A stretch of DNA of 64,000 nucleotides from Verrucomicrobiota bacterium (GCA_039818205.1 JBCBUK010000012.1:32001-96000), one strand, 5' to 3'. Counted from the stretch's first letter, positions 40,201 to 49,229 are shown. The notes: a model not told the origin generated them from the letters alone. Numbers and translations are program-made.

Positions 40201-42703
40201 CGATCACGATCAAAGTCGGAATATAAACCGGATCAAAGCCAGAAATCACCGCGATACTGGGATCCACGAAAACAACATCATTACCATTTGCGGCAACCAA
40301 TTGATAGGAGAGCGTGTCTGTAGTGCCGGCATTGATAAACCACGGTGCATTAACAGTCGTTGGCCCAAGCACTGTAAACGAGAAGCTCGCAGATTCACCT
40401 TGAGCAATGACAGGGCTCTCGAGGGCATTGTCATTGAACGCAAATCTGTCTTGAACTTCGCGCCATTCTCCCTGACCGCCTACATTCTGGACCTCTCCGA
40501 AATCGAAAGCAGGTGCCACTGGGTTAGGCGATTCGATCTTAACGGTTCGAAGCAAGAAATTATCTTCCGTTGCGCCCGTTTCCTCGGCAATAGCGCTTTC
40601 ACGGTTAACGACAATCACTACCAGGTAGTCTTCGCGACCCGCCTGAATATTGGTGACCGGAATATCGATTGTAAAATCAACCGAAATCGGAGGCACTGGC
40701 GGTGGATCCAACGGAGCGTTGACGCTATTTAGTCCACCGGTATACGGATTCAAAATCGGAGTTGTCCCCGGTCCGAGCACAAGTGCGTTCTCAGGCAAAG
40801 TATCAGTCAGTGGATCAAAACTAAGGTTCTCAAGCAGATAGACTTCCAGAACCGCCGCCGGATTTCCGTTTTCAACCGTGGAAGGCGGCACGATACCAAT
40901 CGTATTATTAGAAAGCGTGAACGAAACATCGGTGAAGCTGTCTCCATTCTGAATCTTGGTGCCGTTCGCAAACGTCAGATTCGACAGTCTCAAGTCCGGT
41001 TGAATAACCGTAATTAGAGTAGTTCCGACGGTTTCATCTGGTGAAGAAGCCAGCGGGGTGTCAGGCGCTGCGACTCGCGTAGTCAAGAAAAACGAACCAC
41101 TGTCAGAAAATCCGGTCAGGTTGAACGTTACGGTTTCTTCGTCACCCGGATCGAATGGAGATGTTGCTAGAGTGATCGGCGCCCCACCCTGAGCTTCCGA
41201 CAAAATATCCGATTCACGGAAATCGTCACTTGGAGCTTGAGTCAAATAAAGCTCAACAACCAATTCTCCTTGAACACTGACCGCGCCGGTATTGCTCACG
41301 GTAACGCTAACTTCGAAAGGTGCGTTGACGCCAATTGTGCTGGTATCGAGTTGCGGTGGAGTAATCGTGATCTCACGACCATCGGCCTGCGCAACCTGCG
41401 GAGTATCAAAAGTTACCGGCAGCGCGGTGCCGTTTCCAATTTGTCCGTTATTATTCGAGCCAATTGTCAAAAATGCTGTATCCCCGCCCGGTGTGACACC
41501 TTTGGTAATAGTGAAGGCAGTGGGAGTCGTTGATGACTCGTTCTCCCAGCCACCATCAACCGCAGAAAATGTGTATCCAGGAGCAATCTGTGCTGGCACA
41601 AAAATGATGCGACCTTCAATCGAAGTGTCCGAAGCCGGCTGGGCGAGCTGGGTGTCGAAATTATTACCCCAACCGAATAGCTCACCATTAGAGTTGATCG
41701 CGTAGGAATTTGCCGCGCCAGTCCCAATAGTCACCCAATTGGACGCGTTTCCAACGCGGGTAGGAGTCGAGACGGATGCGACTGGAAAACCGTTGACCGA
41801 TCCGAGACCCAACTGACCGAGGTAGTTCTCTCCATATGTGAAAACCTGACCGGAGCTATTTAACAAAACAGCGTGTCTTGACCCGGCTTCAACTGCGGTC
41901 CAATTACTTGCCGAACCCACTCGAACAGGAAGCAACAGTGGATAATCCGCAAATGGAATTCCAGAGGTCGTTGGAGGAGCACCCCAAACCCAGAGAGTAC
42001 CGTCTGAACGAATACCAATGCTAAAGTTAGTCCCAGCTGCAGCATCCATCCAAGTCGGTGCAGCTGGATTGTCCGGATCTACCAAAATAGGCTCTTCGAT
42101 AACCGTATCGTCAAATGTTTCTGAGAACGGGTCGAATAATTGGCCAATGCCAAGCTGACCAGCACCGTTGTCACCCCATGCCCACAAAGCGCCTGATGAA
42201 TCAATCGCGAAAGTATGGGCTGGACCAGCCGCAACATCCTGGATGCTTAGTCCAAGCGCTCCAGGGAAAACCACCTGGACTGGATTGCTCGTCGACGTTG
42301 GGAGGGTCCCGGTGCCGAGCTGACCGGCATTATTCTGCCCCCATGCATACAGGGTGCCAGTTGAGTCGTTTGCAGATCCGCTATTGCTAATACCGAAAGC
42401 AAAATTGGGCCCAGCTGAGGTCAAAATAAAGTTCGCAGCTAGAGTAACGGGCGTCGGAACGGGTTGTGGCGTATTAGTATTACCCTGACCCAATTGGCCG
42501 ACATCGTTTTTACCCCAAGATCGCAGCGTACCGGAAGTGCTACCGTCGGTAATTGCAACCGATGTGGCAAACTCTTCACCGGCTGCCACGATGCTCGCCG
42601 CGTGCAGACTGCCCTGAAGGGAAACCAGCGCGGCGATTATCGAAACTCCGAAGGCCGCACGATTAAATTTTAAAGCGGGCATTGGAAAATTGAGAGATTT
42701 CAT
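37277..42703 (-). CDS. Large secreted/surface protein: RCC1 repeats, CARDB/Ig-like domains, repeated beta-sandwiches, C-terminal FN3
   Basis: Signal peptide; WGKNDVGQLGQG, WGQNNAGQLGTG, WGDNGAGQLGIG repeats; PDLRLSNL and APNLVIEN CARDB-like starts; PAAPTNL...YFYRVR. Confidence 0.85.
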   Translation of the reverse strand: MKSLNFPMPALKFNRAAFGVSIIAALVSLQGSLHAASIVAAGEEFATSVAITDGSTSGTLRSWGKNDVGQLGQGNTNTPQPVPTPVTLAANFILTSAGPNFAFGISNSGSANDSTGTLYAWGQNNAGQLGTGTLPTSTSNPVQVVFPGALGLSIQDVAAGPAHTFAIDSSGALWAWGDNGAGQLGIGQLFDPFSETFDDTVIEEPILVDPDNPAAPTWMDAAAGTNFSIGIRSDGTLWVWGAPPTTSGIPFADYPLLLPVRVGSASNWTAVEAGSRHAVLLNSSGQVFTYGENYLGQLGLGSVNGFPVASVSTPTRVGNASNWVTIGTGAANSYAINSNGELFGWGNNFDTQLAQPASDTSIEGRIIFVPAQIAPGYTFSAVDGGWENESSTTPTAFTITKGVTPGGDTAFLTIGSNNNGQIGNGTALPVTFDTPQVAQADGREITITPPQLDTSTIGVNAPFEVSVTVSNTGAVSVQGELVVELYLTQAPSDDFRESDILSEAQGGAPITLATSPFDPGDEETVTFNLTGFSDSGSFFLTTRVAAPDTPLASSPDETVGTTLITVIQPDLRLSNLTFANGTKIQNGDSFTDVSFTLSNNTIGIVPPSTVENGNPAAVLEVYLLENLSFDPLTDTLPENALVLGPGTTPILNPYTGGLNSVNAPLDPPPVPPISVDFTIDIPVTNIQAGREDYLVVIVVNRESAIAEETGATEDNFLLRTVKIESPNPVAPAFDFGEVQNVGGQGEWREVQDRFAFNDNALESPVIAQGESASFSFTVLGPTTVNAPWFINAGTTDTLSYQLVAANGNDVVFVDPSIAVISGFDPVYIPTLIVIDADNTDLYVPGNYPYPWTITWTYDQVTAITGATARVDLEIPAFIPDTNSLSFSGEPDSSAPVGDSSVKSPAGMTAGQTAALNLTYDLTENSIVKFWWKTTGEAGEDTLTFLVDGVVQSLPTFDFDTTPQSAVISGDTIWQQVAFQVGAGPRSFRWTFSKNSDDAEAQAFLDGLEILQPIPETNVFNRGNPDPSLPGPIVTGVGNPGEWMLVDNFFAPAGQLYEISGLAQGDAVTFTYEVPVELGVNQLPAPWSNSGSDVNGTADIVSFVIRDSNNNLVIANGGGTFTRELAGANSNFVDQLIIIDPASALYQNPGPLPWTIEFTYTKNSANTIDGIAQVGVPPALFSFANVPVSNIDMTIQDVVATPGTYILDDSNGTGVLPITVSMKNVGADFEALPDWDSSNLDIHLSIDQVFGNEDDVPLGTFANQSTPIITGDQIIFQGDIHLPFSTPAGNYFILLRHEGSFAIGDFTLANNSATVGPGFIIVRAPNLVIENTVGFFNDYPYRPTMRSYVKYDITNTGLGTVTESQEFNVQLQLYALIVDLEVLIRTYDDVPQRLFLPEVSAQFPTGSRSSVNHYVDLPTMRDILVALGSIPPGTPEDDASVEANQFGIVGTPFFFRLFVDSTDTILESSETNLFRIGSFDNLAQTDTLFFNIVPVDSRFFSFDETQVTSRTENYGVYVGQPPFSEVTIQPINALSNPILNTDGDAYDNLTEYALASIPTHANLLFDPENQNGLVQLNIPRFPGDPDFLSITFDFNVRMTDADLIVQGADNVNGPWEDIVTIDPPYIDPNGEGSLTGFGGLISNPRVLSVEGNVTDVQDVYSARVTVRDIAPFTGIDSRFMRIVVDTSGNVEPAAPTNLGASLVASGTALKITWRGEAVVVDPNTGELITDGAFHIERSLQPDTGYELIGTSTIVTSDDNNNEASFIDNDVEVNKTYFYRVRTIGTFGATEYAFDTAGNNQFIGVTIVGG

Positions 42704-42845
42704 GACTGTGTCCTTTGGTTGAACGCGCCCTGTTTAGACAAGTGACCATTATCAAAATGACTTCGTCTATGGAAGGATAGACTCTTGCGGGCAATTTGGC
42801 TCATATCTCATTCACACATGATTTACAGAGCGAGGAATCGACAGA

Positions 42846-44939
42846 CTATTCGCTGTCGCTTTCCTCTTTTTCGTCATTGTCACCAGCGAGGGTGCTGACA
42901 CGCTCCAGCAATTCGAGCTGAGCCTTGTCGTTATCAAATTTGGTCTGCAGCGCCATAATGTCTTCGTAGGCCTGAGCTTGATCCGAGGGCAATGTATAGC
43001 CTGGAATCTCATTTTCGAGGATTCCCATACGGTATAGGACGCGGGGATCGATGATGTCCTTGTAAGTCGTTCCATCAGCACTGAGCGTTTTCGCGGTAAT
43101 GAAGATAACCAAATTCCGCGTTTGTGTCTGCTTCGTAGTCGATTGGAAAAGCTCACCAAGCAATGGAATCTCGCTCAGGTAGGGAACACTACTATCAGCA
43201 TCGGTAGTCAGGGTCTCCATTAAGCCACCAATCGCTAGCGTAAAACCATCCTTAAGGATCACATTACTTTGTGTCTCAGTGGTTTGGATGATTGGGATCT
43301 CAGCGCCACCGGCTCCACCGAAGCTCGTAACACGGTCACTCCGTGACAGTTGCGGGCGGACATTCAAGCGAATGAATCCAGCACTGTTTACATTGGGAGT
43401 AACCGAGAGAATGGTACCAATGTCTTTATATTCAAAACCGCTAACCTCGAAAGACCCAGTCTCGTCATTGAACGTGTAACTAGGAATCGGAAACTGCTCA
43501 CCAATAACCAATTTAGCTTCTTCACCATCGAGAGTCACGAGAGTCGGGTTATTGACCAGCTTGGCATCCGTATTGGTTTCCAAGAAACTCAAGATCACAT
43601 TGAATGCATCGGCTGAGAACACCGCCGTGTCTGAACGAGTTACCTCGTCAATCCAGTTTAGGTCACCAAGAACCGAGGTGTTAAATGCGTTGTTGGCAAT
43701 ATTTTGCAAGGTATTCGAGGTGCTCGAATTAAAGCCACCAGGAATCTGGAAGTTGTTGCTCGAGCTGTTGGTCGAGTTCGCCTGACGGTCGCGAGTCGTA
43801 TCGAACTCGATACTGTTATCGGAAGCACGTCCGGACTCAGAAGTATACTCCCGATTGAACGGTCCAGCGGTCAATTGATACCCCTGTAACGAAGCCCAGT
43901 TCACCCCGATGTCGCTACGGTCTTCATCATTGATCTCGATGAACTTGGACTCGATCATGACCTGAGGGTTCGGACGGTCGAGACGCTCGATGATCGCCTG
44001 GATGTCATTCATCCGTGATGGGCGCTCCGTAATGAGCAGAGCATTGGTGCGCTGATCAACCTGAACTCGGCCACCAGCCGCGGAATCAATGAGGGGAGCC
44101 AAGGATGACTGCAGGCTGTTGGCGACTGCGTAGTTAATCAGGAAAACGCGTGTCTCTGTTTGTTCGTTGGTCAACTCCTCGAGACTTTTAATTTTGATGA
44201 TGTTGCGGTCTTCAATGTAGGTGTAGCCGAGAGGCTCGAGCACAACTTCAAAAACCTGGCGCCAAGATACATTCCGCAACTTGATGGATGTGCTGCCAAC
44301 CAAGGTATCTGGAATCACCACATTCAGGTCGTAGAGGTCCGCGACGTTGCGGATGATCGTACGAACTTCCTCGTCGGGAAAATCAACCGAAATGGTGTCG
44401 TCCTGCCCCATAAGAGCTTCCTGACCTCCGCTTTCGCTGGGGAACTCAACGGTTGCGCTGCCCGCCTCACCTGGGAAATCAATCTCCATCGCAGGAATCT
44501 CGACGGTCTTCTCTTCGACCGTTGCGTTACCACTGTCGTCCACCACCTTTTCTAAGACTGGCTCTGACTCTGTAATCGGCCGAACCGTGAGTCCAGAATC
44601 GTCGCCGGTGTAAGCGGTCGTGCCAGCATCGTCTGCGGGAGTCGAACCTCCTGTGGCAGAATCTGAACTGCTAGCTGCGGAACCGGCACTACTTGATGCC
44701 GAGTCTTGATTGGACGGAGGAGTCGTGCCCTCCAAGGTTGATCCCGCGTATGGCGGATTCGTATTAGGCGACGGGATCGAGGTTCCGATCTCATCCTCGG
44801 CGTCCACGTCAGTGGGCTCGACGGATGGGTCTTCAGCCGCGGTCGTGCCGGAATCGGACTGCGCAATGCTTGCAGGAGTCAGGGCAATGCCGGAGATGAC
44901 GGCCAGCATTGCGAGGAGCAAGATGTTCAAGAGCTTCAT
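42846..44939 (-). CDS. Secretin (PilQ/GspD family)
   Basis: ISVDFPDEEVRTII, VDQRTNALLI, PQVMIESKFIE, PTLVTLDGEEA, VPYLSEIPLLGELF, NLVIFIT. Confidence 0.93.
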   Translation of the reverse strand: MKLLNILLLAMLAVISGIALTPASIAQSDSGTTAAEDPSVEPTDVDAEDEIGTSIPSPNTNPPYAGSTLEGTTPPSNQDSASSSAGSAASSSDSATGGSTPADDAGTTAYTGDDSGLTVRPITESEPVLEKVVDDSGNATVEEKTVEIPAMEIDFPGEAGSATVEFPSESGGQEALMGQDDTISVDFPDEEVRTIIRNVADLYDLNVVIPDTLVGSTSIKLRNVSWRQVFEVVLEPLGYTYIEDRNIIKIKSLEELTNEQTETRVFLINYAVANSLQSSLAPLIDSAAGGRVQVDQRTNALLITERPSRMNDIQAIIERLDRPNPQVMIESKFIEINDEDRSDIGVNWASLQGYQLTAGPFNREYTSESGRASDNSIEFDTTRDRQANSTNSSSNNFQIPGGFNSSTSNTLQNIANNAFNTSVLGDLNWIDEVTRSDTAVFSADAFNVILSFLETNTDAKLVNNPTLVTLDGEEAKLVIGEQFPIPSYTFNDETGSFEVSGFEYKDIGTILSVTPNVNSAGFIRLNVRPQLSRSDRVTSFGGAGGAEIPIIQTTETQSNVILKDGFTLAIGGLMETLTTDADSSVPYLSEIPLLGELFQSTTKQTQTRNLVIFITAKTLSADGTTYKDIIDPRVLYRMGILENEIPGYTLPSDQAQAYEDIMALQTKFDNDKAQLELLERVSTLAGDNDEKEESDSE

Positions 44940-44976
44940 GTCTAGTCGGGAGTTAAAGTTCGGCAGTGGCTAAGAA

Positions 44977-45507
44977 TTATTGAGAGTCTCGTGTGATGCC
45001 TTTACCAGCACCTTCATCGAATTGTCGAATGACTGTTGAGTCATTGAGTTTGAGCGTGTAGTTTTTGGAGTTCACGTCCAATACCTGAATCAGGTACGGA
45101 GAACCGCGAAAATTGATTTTGACTGTGTCGCCGTCGCGCAGTTGGCCTTGTGGCAGAATCAGGATACCGGCGCCTTCGCGAAACATAACACCGGTCGGTC
45201 GAATTGTCGGCGAAACAGCTTCGAGCACTTCCGCGTCCGTGTAGGCGACCTCCTTGACAACAACGGGCTTGTTATCGACTACCGCTACCGGCTCGGGCTC
45301 AGGTTCTGGAGCAAATTCAAACGGGTATCGCACATCGTCGATGGCGGTCAAAACCTCTGGATCAGAAACATCGTAATATTTCTCAGCCGCTTTGATCTGC
45401 TTGGTCCGTTTGGTGATACTGATCACCCGATCGGCTGCAGCGCTGTTCGTATAGAAGAACGCGAAAAGGAGAGAAAGTAGCGGTAGTGTGATGAATGGTT
45501 TCTTCAT
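44977..45507 (-). CDS. Hypothetical exported protein (PilP/GspC position)
   Basis: Signal-like N-terminus, YPF then PEPEPEP linker, beta-rich C-terminus; lies between PilO-like and secretin genes. Confidence 0.55.
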   Translation of the reverse strand: MKKPFITLPLLSLLFAFFYTNSAAADRVISITKRTKQIKAAEKYYDVSDPEVLTAIDDVRYPFEFAPEPEPEPVAVVDNKPVVVKEVAYTDAEVLEAVSPTIRPTGVMFREGAGILILPQGQLRDGDTVKINFRGSPYLIQVLDVNSKNYTLKLNDSTVIRQFDEGAGKGITRDSQ

Positions 45508-45511
45508 GATC

Positions 45512-46108
45512 TTACTTTTTCTTCTTTTCCTCAGGTTCCTTCTCGGGCGGTATCCCAAGACCAGAAAATTTTATAGATGCCCTTACCTCATCACTGCCAA
45601 TAGCTGTCTGGTTGCTCGGCGACATGGTAAGCGATTCGATCCGCACAATATATTTGCCGGTCCGCAGCTCATACAAAAATATCAGAACGTTCTTATAGGG
45701 ACCGCTGACGGAAACACTAAATTGAACCAGCGGATACTCGTTCATTCCCGCCGCTTTTGCGCCGATGACCTGACCGCGTGACGGATCCATCAAATTGACG
45801 CCGGATTTTTCCGCCATCTGAAGTAGATAGCGGTAGTTATCCGTCGCTGCTTCAGAATCAATGAGTCGCGAATCGATCCCGGTAACGATCTCCTGCATTT
45901 TGGCCAGGTTCTCCTCCAGGTTAACCGAGTTCTCGCGATTGGTGTTCATCAAGTCGCTTTCGGTCAAGGTCTGCTCATACTCGGTCTCAAGCGAAGGAAG
46001 ACGATCACTTCGCAGGAAGGTCAGAACCACCGCAACCAACAAGACACCACCGCAAATGAATGCCAGCGGATACTGCTTAACCTTAGCAATGATTACTTCT
46101 GAGTTCAT
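45512..46108 (-). CDS. PilO/GspM-like protein
   Basis: Single TM, coiled coil, ferredoxin-like FSVSVSGPYKNVLIFLYEL...IVRIESL. Confidence 0.7.
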   Translation of the reverse strand: MNSEVIIAKVKQYPLAFICGGVLLVAVVLTFLRSDRLPSLETEYEQTLTESDLMNTNRENSVNLEENLAKMQEIVTGIDSRLIDSEAATDNYRYLLQMAEKSGVNLMDPSRGQVIGAKAAGMNEYPLVQFSVSVSGPYKNVLIFLYELRTGKYIVRIESLTMSPSNQTAIGSDEVRASIKFSGLGIPPEKEPEEKKKK

Positions 46109-46755
46109 GCTTCAGTTTTGAGGTTAATGACGATGGTGAACTCAAACAGTCCTTGATTTTCAATCCGAGTCGGTTGAGAGACATCAATATTATCAATGCG
46201 GTTGGCGAGAACCTCTAATTCATCGAGAACGACTTTATAATTATCCAGTTCGGAAAGGTCGTCTCCGGAACTTCCCTTCAACATTCCACGAATGGTGTAA
46301 CGCAAACTTGAAACGTATTTTGGCTTACGCTTGCTGCCGACGTTCGTCTGGGAGGTGGTGATCGCAAAACTCTCTAAAGCAATATTCTCCGGACGAGACT
46401 TTGAAATCTCCAGAAGAATATCATCGGGATAAATATAGTTGTCGTAGAACTTGATCAGGTCGTCGGCCTTTGTGCTCAACTTTGAAAACTCCTTACTGAG
46501 TTTAAGCGCTGAGCGATTCCCCGCGGCACCATCTTGGACCAACTTGCGCTGCTCATCGATGCTGGTGCTAATCGTCATGGCTTGATACTCTGAGAAGCCA
46601 AACCAGCCCACGGCCGAAACGGTAAGTGCCAGGGCAACAAAATTGATCAGGAAGTTCGTCCGGACCGCCTTAACATCAGGCAATACGTCAGAATCCCGGA
46701 AGTCGGGATGCCAGTTAGGCTGGCTCTGCGCATTTTTGGATTTTTTATCAGCCAT
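46105..46755 (-). CDS. PilN-like protein
   Basis: Single TM, coiled coil, ILLEISKSRPENIALESF, terminal FEFTIVINL; between PilM-like and PilO-like genes. Confidence 0.65.
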   Translation of the reverse strand: MADKKSKNAQSQPNWHPDFRDSDVLPDVKAVRTNFLINFVALALTVSAVGWFGFSEYQAMTISTSIDEQRKLVQDGAAGNRSALKLSKEFSKLSTKADDLIKFYDNYIYPDDILLEISKSRPENIALESFAITTSQTNVGSKRKPKYVSSLRYTIRGMLKGSSGDDLSELDNYKVVLDELEVLANRIDNIDVSQPTRIENQGLFEFTIVINLKTEA

Positions 46756-46769
46756 GTCCGTGACTCAAA

Positions 46770-47798
46770 TTATTTCTGGTTGCTATAGTTACCCATCAAA
46801 CTGAAAAGACCGAACCAACGTGGGCCAAGATTACTCAAGTCCACCCCATCAGCGACTTTGATACCCTGATGCTCGAACCAGGAATCGTAGTCGGGCTTTA
46901 AAACGTGAACGCCCAGTGTCTTGGAAAGGGTCGTCGCGATCCAGCCGAGGTTATCGGGGGCGAGCCCCAGGAAAATGTTTCCGATGGTTTGACCGGTTTG
47001 AACCTCGTAGAAGCCGGTCGATGCTTGGAGCTCTTTGAGGAGCTTCTTCAGCAAAGTTGGACCCATTTCTGCAAAATCGAAGGTGCTCGAACCAAACAGT
47101 TTCTGGGCAGACTCTTCGTCCTTGAGGCCAAGTTCCTTCTGAACAATCGGATACATACTCCGAAGGCCGTAAGGAACGGGGCGAGCGACATCCAAGGAAT
47201 TGCCGTTACAAACGAGGACTTGCGCATCGTCATAACCCATTTCCAGGATCAGCGTTGGCGCTTTCTCGCCTTTCATCTCCTGATAATTAAGAACACCACC
47301 AACCGTTGCAACCGAGCCGATTTCGACTCGACTGGGAAACAGCCCATAGGAAACCAGGCGTTCTTGTTCCGTGCGAAGGTCTTCCCGAGGCGCACCACAG
47401 AAAACCAATTCCTTACCGGAAGAGCGATCGACTCCGAATTCGCCGCCGCCGTTCGCTACTAGTACCGACATCGCGTAAGCGGCGACATCGATTTTAAACT
47501 GACTTTTCAGAAATTCTGGAAGGTATGCCGGATCTTTAGTCTTGGCTGGGTTGTCCAAGGTTGCCCGACGAATCACGCGAGTTGCTGGGTAAATACCGCA
47601 AACGGCCTGAGCAAACTGAATTTTTGGATTACCAACTAGGGCAAGAACTGTAGCTTTTATGCCCTCAACGCCCTCAGAAAGGGGAATTTCCTCAATCCCT
47701 TCAATGGTGATTGGCGGCTCTAAACTAGAAACACGGGCCACCAGAAGAGAAAACTCGGTGAGTTCAACGAAAAGTGCTTTGGAGGTTGCCTTCGACAT
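46770..47798 (-). CDS. PilM-like (actin-fold) pilus assembly protein
   Basis: Cytoplasmic; LILEMGYDDAQV, ARPVPYG, KELQASTGFYEVQTGQTIGNIFL; first gene of the secretin operon. Confidence 0.7.
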   Translation of the reverse strand: MSKATSKALFVELTEFSLLVARVSSLEPPITIEGIEEIPLSEGVEGIKATVLALVGNPKIQFAQAVCGIYPATRVIRRATLDNPAKTKDPAYLPEFLKSQFKIDVAAYAMSVLVANGGGEFGVDRSSGKELVFCGAPREDLRTEQERLVSYGLFPSRVEIGSVATVGGVLNYQEMKGEKAPTLILEMGYDDAQVLVCNGNSLDVARPVPYGLRSMYPIVQKELGLKDEESAQKLFGSSTFDFAEMGPTLLKKLLKELQASTGFYEVQTGQTIGNIFLGLAPDNLGWIATTLSKTLGVHVLKPDYDSWFEHQGIKVADGVDLSNLGPRWFGLFSLMGNYSNQK

Positions 47799-48141
47799 AA
47801 TCTAGAATGCGAATTGCACGCTCGGAAGGACGAGCACCGTGAAACACGTGGGAAGTTTAACTGCGTGAAATCGACGGGTCATAATAGCGAGCAAGCTGAA
47901 ATATGGCTACCCCCACCCCCTAGCTTTCACAAGTTAAAAATCGTTCACCAATGCGTTTTTGTCGCGATATATGAAGGGTTTACACTTGTTTCACCAACTG
48001 GTGATCCCAGCCTAGTTATTTCGTCCGAGGAATATTCGGGAGCTCTTCCACTCACGGCCATTTCTTGAAAATTTTTTATCAATTCCACGATTCGAGCGCC
48101 CGCCGATTGACAAAACAGCAATTCTCGGAATGCGTACACAG

Positions 48142-48166
48142 AAAAAGCCGACGGAAACCGTCGGCT
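48142..48166 (-). terminator. Rho-independent terminator after the small basic protein gene
   Basis: AGCCGACGG-ttt-CCGTCGGCT followed by TTTT on the minus strand. Confidence 0.85.
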
Positions 48167-48207
48167 GTGCACTGTGAAATACTTAACGGCGCGAGGCGCC
48201 AGGGTAA

Positions 48208-48303
48208 CTACCAGGTACGCTTCTTGTGACGATTCGCATGTGAACGCTTACGGCGCTTATGCTTGTTCATCTTCAATCGACGCTTTTTCTTCAGATTGCC
48301 CAT
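48208..48303 (-). CDS. Small basic protein, bS22/mS38 (AURKAIP1/COX24 domain) ribosomal-type family
   Basis: Translated by hand: [31 protein letters not shown] (31 aa); [15 protein letters not shown] matches the family pattern; has its own terminator. Confidence 0.85.
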   Translation of the reverse strand: MGNLKKKRRLKMNKHKRRKRSHANRHKKRTW

Positions 48304-48416
48304 AAATTTATTTAGGTGATGCTGGCTGGATGAAAGTTGGAATTAGGAAAAACGCGTGATAGTGAGAGCTAGTTAGGGATTGTAAAGCGCAAATTGCCCC
48401 GATCCCTCAGATTCCA

Positions 48417-49229
48417 CTATTTTGGGGCAAATTCCTTCCAAACTTGCCCAAGCTTCCCGCCAGGCGGCGTCTCAATTGCCTGAAAAACGACCCCCTCAAT
48501 GGCTTCAATCCGGGAAAGGTGAATCGGCAGCTGCCCAGTCGGCACTAGACCACGAAGTTTACTGGGCTTTCCAGCGAAACCGTGCCAATCCAGTGGGGGC
48601 ACCTCATCGTAAAGCCCCTCACCGGGAATCTTTAAACCGCATTCCATCGCATGAAGCCGGACCTGGTGCCAACGCGGCAAGGTCGTCGTAGCCCGCCACA
48701 ATGCATAGTCTCCGCACTCGCCAATGCGCTCGAAACAGGTTTCCGACTTCTTCCCGCTCTTGTGGGACACTAGCATCCTCTGCTCATAGCTATGCCGCGC
48801 GACGGGCAGATCACAAAGATACGAATCCTCCTGACCATGCGCAACTTGAGCAACAAACTCATACGAAAACTTCAGCTGCTGGGACCCATAGACGTTGCGC
48901 CAATGGGCAACCGCCTCACGCGTGCAGCCAACCAAGGAAACGCCGCTGACCTCAGCCTCCACCAGGTTGATTGAGAGAGCGATCTCCATCCCCAAACGCA
49001 CCAATTCAGGCTTCCCCTTGGCTATTTGGGCCTTGAGACCAGCCACCAGACTCAGCCGGTCCGGGTAAAATGGGTTCGCATCCGACAGAATGCCACCCGG
49101 CAAGGCGATCGCGAGCAAGCCCTCTCCGACTGTCGCAGCCGGCAAACGGACCGGCTCCGGCCCTAAAAGAGGCGGAGGAAACCCGATCTTCAGCTCCGAA
49201 CTATCGTCCAAGGTAAGAAAATTGCTCAT
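48417..49229 (-). CDS. RluA-family pseudouridine synthase-like protein, catalytic motif degenerate
   Basis: LAIALPGGI (~VVNKPAGL), INLVEAEVSG (~HRLDxxTSG), GKKSETCF, RWHQVRLHA...IPGEGLY (~RTHQIRVH...IVGDxLY), IHLSRI. Confidence 0.7.
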   Translation of the reverse strand: MSNFLTLDDSSELKIGFPPPLLGPEPVRLPAATVGEGLLAIALPGGILSDANPFYPDRLSLVAGLKAQIAKGKPELVRLGMEIALSINLVEAEVSGVSLVGCTREAVAHWRNVYGSQQLKFSYEFVAQVAHGQEDSYLCDLPVARHSYEQRMLVSHKSGKKSETCFERIGECGDYALWRATTTLPRWHQVRLHAMECGLKIPGEGLYDEVPPLDWHGFAGKPSKLRGLVPTGQLPIHLSRIEAIEGVVFQAIETPPGGKLGQVWKEFAPK

